A DNA stretch of 64,000 bases. Source: Carpediemonas membranifera BICM. Its lineage: Eukaryota; Protista; Fornicata. Shown here one piece after another: positions 44,269-55,900 of the stretch; position 1 is the stretch's first letter; every line of letters starts with the position of its first letter. The position numbers and the translations under genes are program-made. The stretch covers positions 722,104-786,103 of the forward strand of contig JAHDYR010000003.1 of NCBI GenBank assembly GCA_019828565.1, in the 5' to 3' direction. Under the pieces are notes generated by a model. It made no database searches, was not told the DNA's origin, and saw nothing but the letters and a program-made list of their open reading frames with translations.

Positions 44269-45987
44269 ATGAGTGAAAGGTGCGGACCAGTGATAATGAG
44301 GCCCACAGACGCTGTTCTGAACCACATTACTCGGGCGTATAACTCCCCCTTCCTCGTGATCAAGGAATATGGCCCTACGTCCTTCAGCTTGAAGAGTAGA
44401 GGCAACAGGAGGACGTTTAAGGTTACGATTGGCAATCCCCACTCGTGCACGTGTTCTGAAGGCATGCGTACACATCAGTGCATCCACGTGTTCTTCATCT
44501 TGCTCCGCGTCCTCAACGTTGACCCGGCATCATCGCTCTGCTGGCAGCATGCCCTCATTGACCGTGAAATCAACATAGTTTTGGCCAACAGGTTCCGTTC
44601 TATCGCTGCTTCTCACCCCACTAGGCCTGCGAGACCGACTGAAACGACGGCGTCCTCAGACTCTGACAACCACCGCGCCCTGGAGGAGGACGCGATATGC
44701 TGCATCTGCCAGGACCTGATGACACCCTTCGATGAGATCGACTTCTGCTCTTCCTGCGGCAACAACGTCCACGCCAACTGCATCACAGTATGGCACGCTC
44801 ACTCAGCATCCCACACCTGCCCCCTGTGCCGCGCCCCCTGGACAACCCACACCGTCGCTACCGACACCCACCGGTATGCCATGCCCACCGTACACCCCGG
44901 GGTGATGTGCGGCGCATGCCATGGTCCCGTGGACGGCCCCCTATACCGATGCCGGCAGTGTAGCGACCTGCACCTGTGCGTGTCGTGCTTTGTGACCGGG
45001 ACGAATCTTCCAGGGGCACACCGGCCGAACCACACGTTCCAGGTGAAGCAGAGGCCTTTCGGGCACTGGAAGGCTGTCGTGCCCATGAAGACGGGCAAGG
45101 CAGCGCCCGTGGACGCCACCCAGGCCCAGGACATGATGACGCGAGATCTCACATCAGATGATTACGACCTCCTCTGCCAGCTGGACGATAATGTCGCCAA
45201 ACCCGGGCAGTACACGCTCCATCCCTCATGGCTCCAGTCCAAGGCCTTCCCGGTGAAGGTGCTGACGGACGTGGCCATGATGGGACCCGCGTCATGCGCC
45301 ATTTGTGCGGACGAGTTCAAGATCGGCGACAGTAGACGGATGCTGCCGTGTCAGCACATTTACCACAAGGGCTGTATCGATAAGTGGCTGACCAAGGAGA
45401 AGGACGTCTGCCCTATGTGTAACGGCCCGGTTCTGGCTGAACAGATGAGGGGCACGCGATATCAGGAGGTGGAGGCGGTCAAGAAGAAGGCTAAACCCAA
45501 GCCAAAGCCCAAGCCGGGCCCGCAGCTGATGGGGGCCCTGGTCGGGGTGGGTATCACGGGCGCAGGGCCCATGATCGCCCAGCCAACTGACCGGGCCCCG
45601 GCCAACCGCACCACGCGGCCAAGCTCGGGGGCTTCCACCCGCAGAGTGCCCCAGCGACCGCCCAGGCCGCGGGCACCCAGGCCGAGCTCCACGCAGCCGC
45701 TGTCTTCGGACGAATTGGCGGGCCTTACCGGCGTGGGCGGTGTCGGTATCGTCACCCCGGCCTGGGGCCAGAGCTCGGTGTCAGCCCCTAATAGGAGCCA
45801 GCCCGCGTCTGCTCGCCGTATCAGGGCGCCCGTCCATGCCCGGGGGACCTCTGACGGGGCACTGACGGCCAGACCCGCACACAGCCCTACTCTGTCGATC
45901 GGCAGCATCCCGCCTATGAATGAAGAGCGCCGGAAGAAGCCTTCTGGCAGCATTTGGCGCGGTCTCCCCTCCCAGACGGTAGTCTAG
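44269..45987 (+). CDS. ZSWIM2: SWIM-RING-ZZ-RING E3 ubiquitin ligase (ZSWIM2/MEX-like)
   Basis: CTC...CIH SWIM, CCICQD..CGNNVH..C..CPLCR, ZZ finger, RDLTSDDYDLLCQLD and a RING-H2. Confidence 0.8.
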   Translation: MSERCGPVIMRPTDAVLNHITRAYNSPFLVIKEYGPTSFSLKSRGNRRTFKVTIGNPHSCTCSEGMRTHQCIHVFFILLRVLNVDPASSLCWQHALIDREINIVLANRFRSIAASHPTRPARPTETTASSDSDNHRALEEDAICCICQDLMTPFDEIDFCSSCGNNVHANCITVWHAHSASHTCPLCRAPWTTHTVATDTHRYAMPTVHPGVMCGACHGPVDGPLYRCRQCSDLHLCVSCFVTGTNLPGAHRPNHTFQVKQRPFGHWKAVVPMKTGKAAPVDATQAQDMMTRDLTSDDYDLLCQLDDNVAKPGQYTLHPSWLQSKAFPVKVLTDVAMMGPASCAICADEFKIGDSRRMLPCQHIYHKGCIDKWLTKEKDVCPMCNGPVLAEQMRGTRYQEVEAVKKKAKPKPKPKPGPQLMGALVGVGITGAGPMIAQPTDRAPANRTTRPSSGASTRRVPQRPPRPRAPRPSSTQPLSSDELAGLTGVGGVGIVTPAWGQSSVSAPNRSQPASARRIRAPVHARGTSDGALTARPAHSPTLSIGSIPPMNEERRKKPSGSIWRGLPSQTVV

Positions 45988-46156
45988 CAACTTTATCACT
46001 CTCACTGAACACAGCTTTAAATTCTCTCTGATTTCTCGCCGAGTGTTGAATGCGTCGGTCCGTTGGCCAAGTCTGCCACTGAAGCAGACGGCCACAGAGG
46101 CACCCACACTTTGTATTGTCAGATTTGACCAGAGCGCGTGAGATCTGCCGAATTCC

Positions 46157-47158
46157 ATGGGTGAGCAAGTAACGATCGTTCATCTGGCATTTATCATCGT
46201 ATTCTCTGTTTTTGTTCAGTCGGCATGTTCTATACTGTCCAAAATGAGCCAGGTTGACGGCAACTATGAATATAGTGTCCCCGTGAGCAATTTCGCAATC
46301 GAAATCGTGAAATTCGCTGTTGCATCGACATTATTCTACACGAGAACACCAGCGCCCGACCGGAATCGGCAACTCTCGACCTTTTTCCACAGTCGTCGAG
46401 ACATTGTCTTCTTCGCCATCCCCTCGCTAATCTACGTCTGCGTCAACATTACGTACATGATTATGTTCATATTCACTGACCCTGGTACCGCTCAGATGCT
46501 CGTCAACTTCAAGCTGATCACTACTGCCGTCCTCTCTGAGATAGTGTTTGCCAAGCTTCTTTCCAGACCGCAGTGGCTTTCACTCATCATGACGTTCGTA
46601 GGCCTTGCTCTAACATCATGGCCGATGTCTGGCAAGTCGTTTGAGTCTGACATTGTCATTTCATTCGCCCTGGCCTTCGCGTTCTCCGTCTTTAGCGCCT
46701 GTGCTGGTGTCTCATGCGAGTACGTGTTCAAGCGCACCGATTATAGCCTGCACATGCAGAACAGCGTGATGTACTTCTACGGCGCCGTGATTAGCCTCAT
46801 CACCGCCGCTGTAGCCGACCCGTCCGTTGTACTCAACCCGTTCGCCGGATTCAACACTTACGCTATTCTGCTCGTTTTGATGAGGGCCGTCTCGGGCCTT
46901 CTCATCTCGGCCGTAATGAAGTATGCAGACACGATTACGAAGAACTTCTGCAGCGCCGCCTCCTTGTGTGCGACTGTGATCTTGTCCAAGCTCATTTTCG
47001 ACGTTCCCATCGTTGCCCAAAAGAGCTTTGCTATCATCATCATATTTAACGCGATGCTCTTGTACGGCATTCCCGAGTCCAAGGCGCCCGTTCCTGCTGT
47101 CGAGCATCGCAAGGTCGAGAAAGTTGACCTGTCTGATTGCGAAGAGAATGCTGTATGA
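46157..47158 (+). CDS. Nucleotide-sugar transporter (SLC35A family)
   Basis: ~10 TM segments; EIVKF, AIPSLIY, NFKLITTA, QW.SL, AGV..E and VMKYADTITKNF. Confidence 0.9.
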   Translation: MGEQVTIVHLAFIIVFSVFVQSACSILSKMSQVDGNYEYSVPVSNFAIEIVKFAVASTLFYTRTPAPDRNRQLSTFFHSRRDIVFFAIPSLIYVCVNITYMIMFIFTDPGTAQMLVNFKLITTAVLSEIVFAKLLSRPQWLSLIMTFVGLALTSWPMSGKSFESDIVISFALAFAFSVFSACAGVSCEYVFKRTDYSLHMQNSVMYFYGAVISLITAAVADPSVVLNPFAGFNTYAILLVLMRAVSGLLISAVMKYADTITKNFCSAASLCATVILSKLIFDVPIVAQKSFAIIIIFNAMLLYGIPESKAPVPAVEHRKVEKVDLSDCEENAV

Positions 47159-47217
47159 ATGCACGATGCCTTTATAAATATTTATTGCTTTACGAGATCA
47201 CCATGTAATATTGGGCT

Positions 47218-50200
47218 TTTACTACAACGAAGCAATCCAGGCCAGCTCTCCTGCGTCTGGCCGATCCGGAGTCGAGCGCTTGGTCGACCCCCCATACGCG
47301 CACCTGGGACAGTGACGCCCGCAGGCTTGCTGTGCATACCAAGACACTGTCTACGTATGCGCGCCTGGTGCTGCCAGTCGGGCCGTGACCCGCCCGAGGT
47401 GTGGCTGCCCGAGCTGAAGTCGAGAAATTGGGTCGACCCAAAAGTCGCGAGTGGGAGGCGCCAAGACGGCGTGCTCCTGGAATCAGTAGGGCTCTGCACG
47501 CCCTGCGTATTCCGGTAGCACGCGGTCCTGCCGCTCCCCGTCCGCCCCAAGTGCGACTCGACCAGATCGATCGGATGCGCGCATCCAGCACAGCAGCCCC
47601 AGTCAGGCTTGGGCGCGCGGCAGCGCACGCATGTACTATTTACTACAACGAAGCAATCCAGGCCAGCTCTCCTGCGTCTGGCCGATCCGGAGTCGAGCGC
47701 TTGGTCGACCCCCCATACGCGCACCTGGGACAGTGACGCCCGCAGGCTTGCTGTGCATACCAAGACACTGTCTACGTATGCGCGCCTGGTGCTGCCAGTC
47801 GGGCCGTGACCCGCCCGAGGTGTGGCTGCCCGAGCTGAAGTCGAGAAATTGGGTCGACCCAAAAGTCGCGAGTGGGAGGCGCCAAGACGGCGTGCTCCTG
47901 GAATCAGTAGGGCTCTGCACGCCCTGCGTATTCCGGTAGCACGCGGTCCTGCCGCTCCCCGTCCGCCCCAAGTGCGACTCGACCAGATCGATCGGATGCG
48001 CGCATCCAGCACAGCAGCCCCAGTCAGGCTTGGGCGCGCGGCAGCGCACGCATGTACTATTTACTACAACGAAGCAATCCAGGCCAGCTCTCCTGCGTCT
48101 GGCCGATCCGGAGTCGAGCGCTTGGTCGACCCCCCATACGCGCACCTGGGACAGTGACGCCCGCAGGCTTGCTGTGCATACCAAGACACTGTCTACGTAT
48201 GCGCGCCTGGTGCTGCCAGTCGGGCCGTGACCCGCCCGAGGTGTGGCTGCCCGAGCTGAAGTCGAGAAATTGGGTCGACCCAAAAGTCGCGAGTGGGAGG
48301 CGCCAAGACGGCGTGCTCCTGGAATCAGTAGGGCTCTGCACGCCCTGCGTATTCCGGTAGCACGCGGTCCTGCCGCTCCCCGTCCGCCCCAAGTGCGACT
48401 CGACCAGATCGATCGGATGCGCGCATCCAGCACAGCAGCCCCAGTCAGGCTTGGGCGCGCGGCAGCGCACGCATGTACTATTTACTACAACGAAGCAATC
48501 CAGGCCAGCTCTCCTGCGTCTGGCCGATCCGGAGTCGAGCGCTTGGTCGACCCCCCATACGCGCACCTGGGACAGTGACGCCCGCAGGCTTGCTGTGCAT
48601 ACCAAGACACTGTCTACGTATGCGCGCCTGGTGCTGCCAGTCGGGCCGTGACCCGCCCGAGGTGTGGCTGCCCGAGCTGAAGTCGAGAAATTGGGTCGAC
48701 CCAAAAGTCGCGAGTGGGAGGCGCCAAGACGGCGTGCTCCTGGAATCAGTAGGGCTCTGCACGCCCTGCGTATTCCGGTAGCACGCGGTCCTGCCGCTCC
48801 CCGTCCGCCCCAAGTGCGACTCGACCAGATCGATCGGATGCGCGCATCCAGCACAGCAGCCCCAGTCAGGCTTGGGCGCGCGGCAGCGCACGCATGTACT
48901 ATTTACTACAACGAAGCAATCCAGGCCAGCTCTCCTGCGTCTGGCCGATCCGGAGTCGAGCGCTTGGTCGACCCCCCATACGCGCACCTGGGACAGTGAC
49001 GCCCGCAGGCTTGCTGTGCATACCAAGACACTGTCTACGTATGCGCGCCTGGTGCTGCCAGTCGGGCCGTGACCCGCCCGAGGTGTGGCTGCCCGAGCTG
49101 AAGTCGAGAAATTGGGTCGACCCAAAAGTCGCGAGTGGGAGGTGCCAAGACGGCGTGCTCCTGGAATCAGTAGGGCTCTGCACGCCCTGCGTATTCCGGT
49201 AGCACGCGGTCCTGCCGCTCCCCGTCCGCCCCAAGTGCGACTCGACCAGATCGATCGGATGCGCGCATCCAGCACAGCAGCCCCAGTCAGGCTTGGGCGC
49301 GCGGCAGCGCACGCATGTACTATTTACTACAACGAAGCAATCCAGGCCAGCTCTCCTGCGTCTGGCCGATCCGGAGTCGAGCGCTTGGTCGACCCCCATA
49401 CGCGCACCTGGGACAGTGACGCCCGCAGGCTTGCTGTGCATACCAAGACACTGTCTACGTATGCGCGCCTGGTGCTGCCAGTCGGGCCGTGACCCGCCCG
49501 AGGTGTGGCTGCCCGAGCTGAAGTCGAGAAATTGGGTCGACCCAAAAGTCGCGAGTGGGAGGCGCCAAGACGGCGTGCTCCTGGAATCAGTAGGGCTCTG
49601 CACGCCCTGCGTATTCCGGTAGCACGCGGTCCTGCCGCTCCCCGTCCGCCCCAAGTGCGACTCGACCAGATCGATCGGATGCGCGCATCCAGCACAGCAG
49701 CCCCAGTCAGGCTTGGGCGCGCGGCAGCGCACGCATGTACTATTTACTACAACGAAGCAATCCAGGCCAGCTCTCCTGCGTCTGGCCGATCCGGAGTCGA
49801 GCGCTTGGTCGACCCCCCATACGCGCACCTGGGACAGTGACGCCCGCAGGCTTGCTGTGCATACCAAGACACTGTCTACGTATGCGCGCCTGGTGCTGCC
49901 AGTCGGGCCGTGACCCGCCCGAGGTGTGGCTGCCCGAGCTGAAGTCGAGAAATTGGGTCGACCCAAAAGTCGCGAGTGGGAGGCGCCAAGACGGCGTGCT
50001 CCTGGAATCAGTAGGGCTCTGCACGCCCTGCGTATTCCGGTAGCACGCGGTCCTGCCGCTCCCCGTCCGCCCCAAGTGCGACTCGACCAGATCGATCGGA
50101 TGCGCGCATCCAGCACAGCAGCCCCAGTCAGGCTTGGGCGCGCGGAAGCGCACGCATGTACTATTTACTACAACGAAGCAATCCAGGCCAGCTCTCCTGC

Positions 50201-53200
50201 GTCTGGCCGATCCGGAGTCGAGCGCTTGGTCGACCCCCCATACGCGCACCTGGGACAGTGACGCCCGCAGGCTTGCTGTGCATACCAAGACACTGTCTAC
50301 GTATGCGCGCCTGGTGCTGCCAGTCGGGCCGTGACCCGCCCGAGGTGTGGCTGCCCGAGCTGAAGTCGAGAAATTGGGTCGACCCAAAAGTCGCGAGTGG
50401 GAGGCGCCAAGACGGCGTGCTCCTGGAATCAGTAGGGCTCTGCACGCCCTGCGTATTCCGGTAGCACGCGGTCCTGCCGCTCCCCGTCCGCCCCAAGTGC
50501 GACTCGACCAGATCGATCGGATGCGCGCATCCAGCACAGCAGCCCCAGTCAGGCTTGGGCGCGCGGCAGCGCACGCATGTACTATTTACTACAACGAAGC
50601 AATCCAGGCCAGCTCTCCTGCGTCTGGCCGATCCGGAGTCGAGCGCTTGGTCGACCCCCCATACGCGCACCTGGGACAGTGACGCCCGCAGGCTTGCTGT
50701 GCATACCAAGACACTGTCTACGTATGCGCGCCTGGTGCTGCCAGTCGGGCCGTGACCCGCCCGAGGTGTGGCTGCCCGAGCTGAAGTCGAGAAATTGGGT
50801 CGACCCAAAAGTCGCGAGTGGGAGGCGCCAAGACGGCGTGCTCCTGGAATCAGTAGGGCTCTGCACGCCCTGCGTATTCCGGTAGCACGCGGTCCTGCCG
50901 CTCCCCGTCCGCCCCAAGTGCGACTCGACCAGATCGATCGGATGCGCGCATCCAGCACAGCAGCCCCAGTCAGGCTTGGGCGCGCGGCAGCGCACGCATG
51001 TACTATTTACTACAACGAAGCAATCCAGGCCAGCTCTCCTGCGTCTGGCCGATCCGGAGTCGAGCGCTTGGTCGACCCCCCATACGCGCACCTGGGACAG
51101 TGACGCCCGCAGGCTTGCTGTGCATACCAAGACACTGTCTACGTATGCGCGCCTGGTGCTGCCAGTCGGGCCGTGACCCGCCCGAGGTGTGGCTGCCCGA
51201 GCTGAAGTCGAGAAATTGGGTCGACCCAAAAGTCGCGAGTGGGAGGTGCCAAGACGGCGTGCTCCTGGAATCAGTAGGGCTCTGCACGCCCTGCGTATTC
51301 CGGTAGCACGCGGTCCTGCCGCTCCCCGTCCGCCCCAAGTGCGACTCGACCAGATCGATCGGATGCGCGCATCCAGCACAGCAGCCCCAGTCAGGCTTGG
51401 GCGCGCGGCAGCGCACGCATGTACTATTTACTACAACGAAGCAATCCAGGCCAGCTCTCCTGCGTCTGGCCGATCCGGAGTCGAGCGCTTGGTCGACCCC
51501 CCATACGCGCACCTGGGACAGTGACGCCCGCAGGCTTGCTGTGCATACCAAGACACTGTCTACGTATGCGCGCCTGGTGCTGCCAGTCGGGCCGTGACCC
51601 GCCCGAGGTGTGGCTGCCCGAGCTGAAGTCGAGAAATTGGGTCGACCCAAAAGTCGCGAGTGGGAGGCGCCAAGACGGCGTGCTCCTGGAATCAGTAGGG
51701 CTCTGCACGCCCTGCGTATTCCGGTAGCACGCGGTCCTGCCGCTCCCCGTCCGCCCCAAGTGCGACTCGACCAGATCGATCGGATGCGCGCATCCAGCAC
51801 AGCAGCCCCAGTCAGGCTTGGGCGCGCGGCAGCGCACGCATGTACTATTTACTACAACGAAGCAATCCAGGCCAGCTCTCCTGCGTCTGGCCGATCCGGA
51901 GTCGAGCGCTTGGTCGACCCCCCATACGCGCACCTGGGACAGTGACGCCCGCAGGCTTGCTGTGCATACCAAGACACTGTCTACGTATGCGCGCCTGGTG
52001 CTGCCAGTCGGGCCGTGACCCGCCCGAGGTGTGGCTGCCCGAGCTGAAGTCGAGAAATTGGGTCGACCCAAAAGTCGCGAGTGGGAGGTGCCAAGACGGC
52101 GTGCTCCTGGAATCAGTAGGGCTCTGCACGCCCTGCGTATTCCGGTAGCACGCGGTCCTGCCGCTCCCCGTCCGCCCCAAGTGCGACTCGACCAGATCGA
52201 TCGGATGCGCGCATCCAGCACAGCAGCCCCAGTCAGGCTTGGGCGCGCGGCAGCGCACGCATGTACTATTTACTACAACGAAGCAATCCAGGCCAGCTCT
52301 CCTGCGTCTGGCCGATCCGGAGTCGAGCGCTTGGTCGACCCCCCATACGCGCACCTGGGACAGTGACGCCCGCAGGCTTGCTGTGCATACCAAGACACTG
52401 TCTACGTATGCGCGCCTGGTGCTGCCAGTCGGGCCGTGACCCGCCCGAGGTGTGGCTGCCCGAGCTGAAGTCGAGAAATTGGGTCGACCCAAAAGTCGCG
52501 AGTGGGAGGCGCCAAGACGGCGTGCTCCTGGAATCAGTAGGGCTCTGCACGCCCTGCGTATTCCGGTAGCACGCGGTCCTGCCGCTCCCCGTCCGCCCCA
52601 AGTGCGACTCGACCAGATCGATCGGATGCGCGCATCCAGCACAGCAGCCCCAGTCAGGCTTGGGCGCGCGGCAGCGCACGCATGTACTATTTACTACAAC
52701 GAAGCAATCCAGGCCAGCTCTCCTGCGTCTGGCCGATCCGGAGTCGAGCGCTTGGTCGACCCCCCATACGCGCACCTGGGACAGTGACGCCCGCAGGCTT
52801 GCTGTGCATACCAAGACACTGTCTACGTATGCGCGCCTGGTGCTGCCAGTCGGGCCGTGACCCGCCCGAGGTGTGGCTGCCCGAGCTGAAGTCGAGAAAT
52901 TGGGTCGACCCAAAAGTCGCGAGTGGGAGGCGCCAAGACGGCGTGCTCCTGGAATCAGTAGGGCTCTGCACGCCCTGCGTATTCCGGTAGCACGCGGTCC
53001 TGCCGCTCCCCGTCCGCCCCAAGTGCGACTCGACCAGATCGATCGGATGCGCGCATCCAGCACAGCAGCCCCAGTCAGGCTTGGGCGCGCGGAAGCGCAC
53101 GCATGTACTATTTACTACAACGAAGCAATCCAGGCCAGCTCTCCTGCGTCTGGCCGATCCGGAGTCGAGCGCTTGGTCGACCCCCCATACGCGCACCTGG

Positions 53201-53347
53201 GACAGTGACGCCCGCAGGCTTGCTGTGCATACCAAGACACTGTCTACGTATGCGCGCCTGGTGCTGCCAGTCGGGCCGTGACCCGCCCGAGGTGTGGCTG
53301 CCCGAGCTGAAGTCGAGAAATTGGGTCGACCCAAAAGTCGCGAGTGG
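47218..53347. repeat. Tandem array of a 421-bp GC-rich structured unit, ~14.6 copies
   Basis: Period 421 (47218, 47639, ...); near-identical units; one 420-bp unit (C deletion ~49395). Ends mid-unit at the RT junction. Confidence 0.98.
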
Positions 53348-55900
53348 CCGTGATGGGTACAAAACGACAAAAAGGATCCTCGCAAACCAAGTGTTCCGCT
53401 TCTGGAACGAGAAGCAGCACGCCGGTCTCCCGGTGATGCTGAAGGCTGGAAACAAGATTCTAGCAAGGCAGAGGGAGATGGCAGACTCCCTCCAGGAGCA
53501 GTACGCGAAGGTAAGCTCCGGGAAGGAACCCACCTGGGAACCCACCTGGGAAACCGAGCCGGAAACGGACATGGAGGACCATCCGCCATCGCTTGAAGAA
53601 GTGACAGCGGCGGTCAAGTCCATAAGGAAGTCCTCGGCCGGAGGCCCGGACGGGATTATTGGAGATTGTCTGAGGGACCTCCCCGAGTCAGCGTACGAGG
53701 CAATCACAGTCCTGCTCGCGAAAGTATACGACAGCGGGACCATGCCAACCACATGGAAGTATGCAGCGGTGTCGCCTATCCACAAGGTTGGGAAGGACAA
53801 GCTCACGCCCAGCTCGTACAGACCGATCTCCCTCACCCCCTCCTATACAGAGCCTACGGGAGGATACTGAAATGGCGCCTCAGGCCGACGGTGGAGAAGT
53901 TCATCCCCAGAGAGCAAGTTGGGTTCATGAAAGGGAAAACTGTAGTGGATCACATAGCCCTCCTAGCCCAACTCCACCAGTCCGGAAACCGTACCAGCGT
54001 CCTACTTGACATAGCAAAAGCATATGATACGGTCCCAAGGGACCTGCTGGTGAACAAGTTGACGCTCATGGGGGTACACCCAAGACTGACGAGGGCCATC
54101 CGAAATACACTTACAGAAACGTACATCTCGGTACGAGGGGCAAGCACATGGTCCAGAACAAACATGGGGGTCAAGCAAGGATGTGTGGTGGCCCCCACTC
54201 TGTTCATTCTCTTCACAGCTAACTGGCTAAGCCAGGCGGCACTGTACCTCCGGCATAGAGAGATCCCGGACCCCTGCCTCCCTCCAACGGACGATAGGCC
54301 CAAAAACTGCCTCATTGCAATGTTTGTAGATGATACAAGCATCTCAGCCGAGACCCCGCAGCTCGCCGAAGAAGGCACAGACGCAGTGGTCAGGGTAATT
54401 GAAGCCCATGGACTCCAGACCAGCCCAGGCAAAAATGTGGTGATAAGTACCGACGTAACTGCAGCGGTCAGCATCCAAGGAACTCCCACACTGGCGTCAG
54501 ACTCAGCAAGGTATCTGGGACTCTGGCTAGCCAGCGGGAAGAATCCGTTGGCAGCATGCATCAAAATGAAGACGTCACAATCCCGGAAATACCTAGCCCT
54601 GGCAAGGAGAGCAGGGTGGACCAAAGGATCCACCCCGGCCGCCACCTCGGAATCCATCCTCAGAACCTTCCTCTGGCCCAAGATCGAGTTCGGGATCGAG
54701 ATCTGGGGCCAAGCGCTCAGGGGAAGAGCCATCTGGAACAACTGGCGCGGCCTAATGGCAGGCACAGGACCAGGGGGAGGAGGAGCCGCCCGTGTACTAA
54801 TGGGATGGATGTGCTGGGAGGCAGATATGGGGCAGAGAGCGGTGAGGCTCTATGAGTCTGCGCACGACCCGGACCGTCCGACCCCCTAGGGAATCTGGAC
54901 TGGGCGACAGCGGAGAGAGGATCGGTCTTACATCGCCTCTACCAATGGCGACGGAGCGTCCTCCAGGGCACACAGGAGGAGATGCCCGCCAGGGAAAGAG
55001 CAAAGAGGGGAGGCTGGACCCTCACAGCAGAAGAACTACTGCACACCGGGGAGCCGAACGGCCAAAGGGGTGGCAACAGTACTAGCCCCGAAAGTCATCC
55101 TCAGCATGCAGCAAGGGAAGAGACCCAAGAAACCAGGAATGATCAAGGGTGAGATGATAACCAGACGGGAAGTCAAGAGAGTAATCATGACTGCATCCAA
55201 CACACTCCCCTCCCCCAGCAACAGTGGCAGAAGCAGAGCCATACTTGGGAGCGCGATCGGCCAGCCCCAGGCCCTCCTGAGCAGGATCAAGCGGTGTTGC
55301 CCCCTATGTACCCTGGACTCAGAAGGTGACACCATTACTCGCCTGTACACTGTCACCAGAACCGCGGCGGAAACCACCAAAATCCTCTCAGAATGGGCAT
55401 ACAACCAGCCCCTGGGAACACAAAGCCACATCATCTGCCAATGCAAGGCGGTAGAACGCCCAGAAGGATGGGATGACATCCTGGCGGAGGCGCATCTACG
55501 CACACAGTACCACGCCCTAAGGCAAGGGCAGGAGGCGGAGTGGTACAACTCAAGGGCAATCCTGGAAATGCTCTGGCTCCTCCGCAGCGAGGACCATACC
55601 GTCAGAGAGGGACTGCAGAACGGCAGATGTGCCCTTCTGAACCTCCGGAAAGACGGGTAAGTACACCATCCCAGAATCCTATGACCTCTGGGACCAGGGT
55701 CAAACTGGGACCCAACCCCCCGCCTCAACCGAAGCGGAGCGCTCCTGGGATCAGCGGGGGACGCAAGCCCCACGTATCCCGGTAGCACCCAGCCGCGGAA
55801 GGGGGACTCAACCCCGAACACTAATCTCGCTAACACACAAACGCTCACCCATACTGGGAACGTAGACAACATTCAGCCGGCAGAACCGGCACACTCTTCA
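53348..55900 (+). mobile_element. 5'-truncated, frameshifted non-LTR retrotransposon (RT + C-terminal Cys/His knuckle + 3' UTR)
   Basis: SAGGPDGI, YRPISL, EQVGF, LLDIAKAYDTVPR, GVKQGCVVAPTLF, MFVDD and RYLG; CPLC...HIICQC in ORF 55070-55660. Frame breaks near 53840 and 54890. 3' end approximate; no endonuclease domain seen. Confidence 0.9.
55741..55788 (+). ncRNA. Conserved stem-loop in the retroelement 3' UTR, shared with every 421-bp unit (e.g. 47473-47521)
   Basis: GCTCCTGGRATCAG-[variable hairpin]-CGTATYCCGGTAGCAC with a compensatory A-U/G-C change. Confidence 0.75.

Noticed and set aside
47411-47445. Hammerhead-like CTGAAGTC-GAGAAA plus palindrome, and hairpin-ribozyme-like words in the unit
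   Set aside because: The core is CUGAAGU rather than CUGANGA, with no stem II and no UH cleavage triplet; hairpin ribozyme loops and helices could not be assembled.
47218-47638. 5S rRNA, U2 snRNA or spliced-leader gene array
   Set aside because: Only a GTAGTA hexamer on the minus strand resembles U2; no 5S or Sm-site context is recognisable. An Rfam scan is still advisable.
47218-53347. CRISPR array or protein-coding repeat
   Set aside because: There are no unique spacers, units are identical over 421 bp, the period is not a multiple of 3, and the many short ORFs are repeat artefacts.
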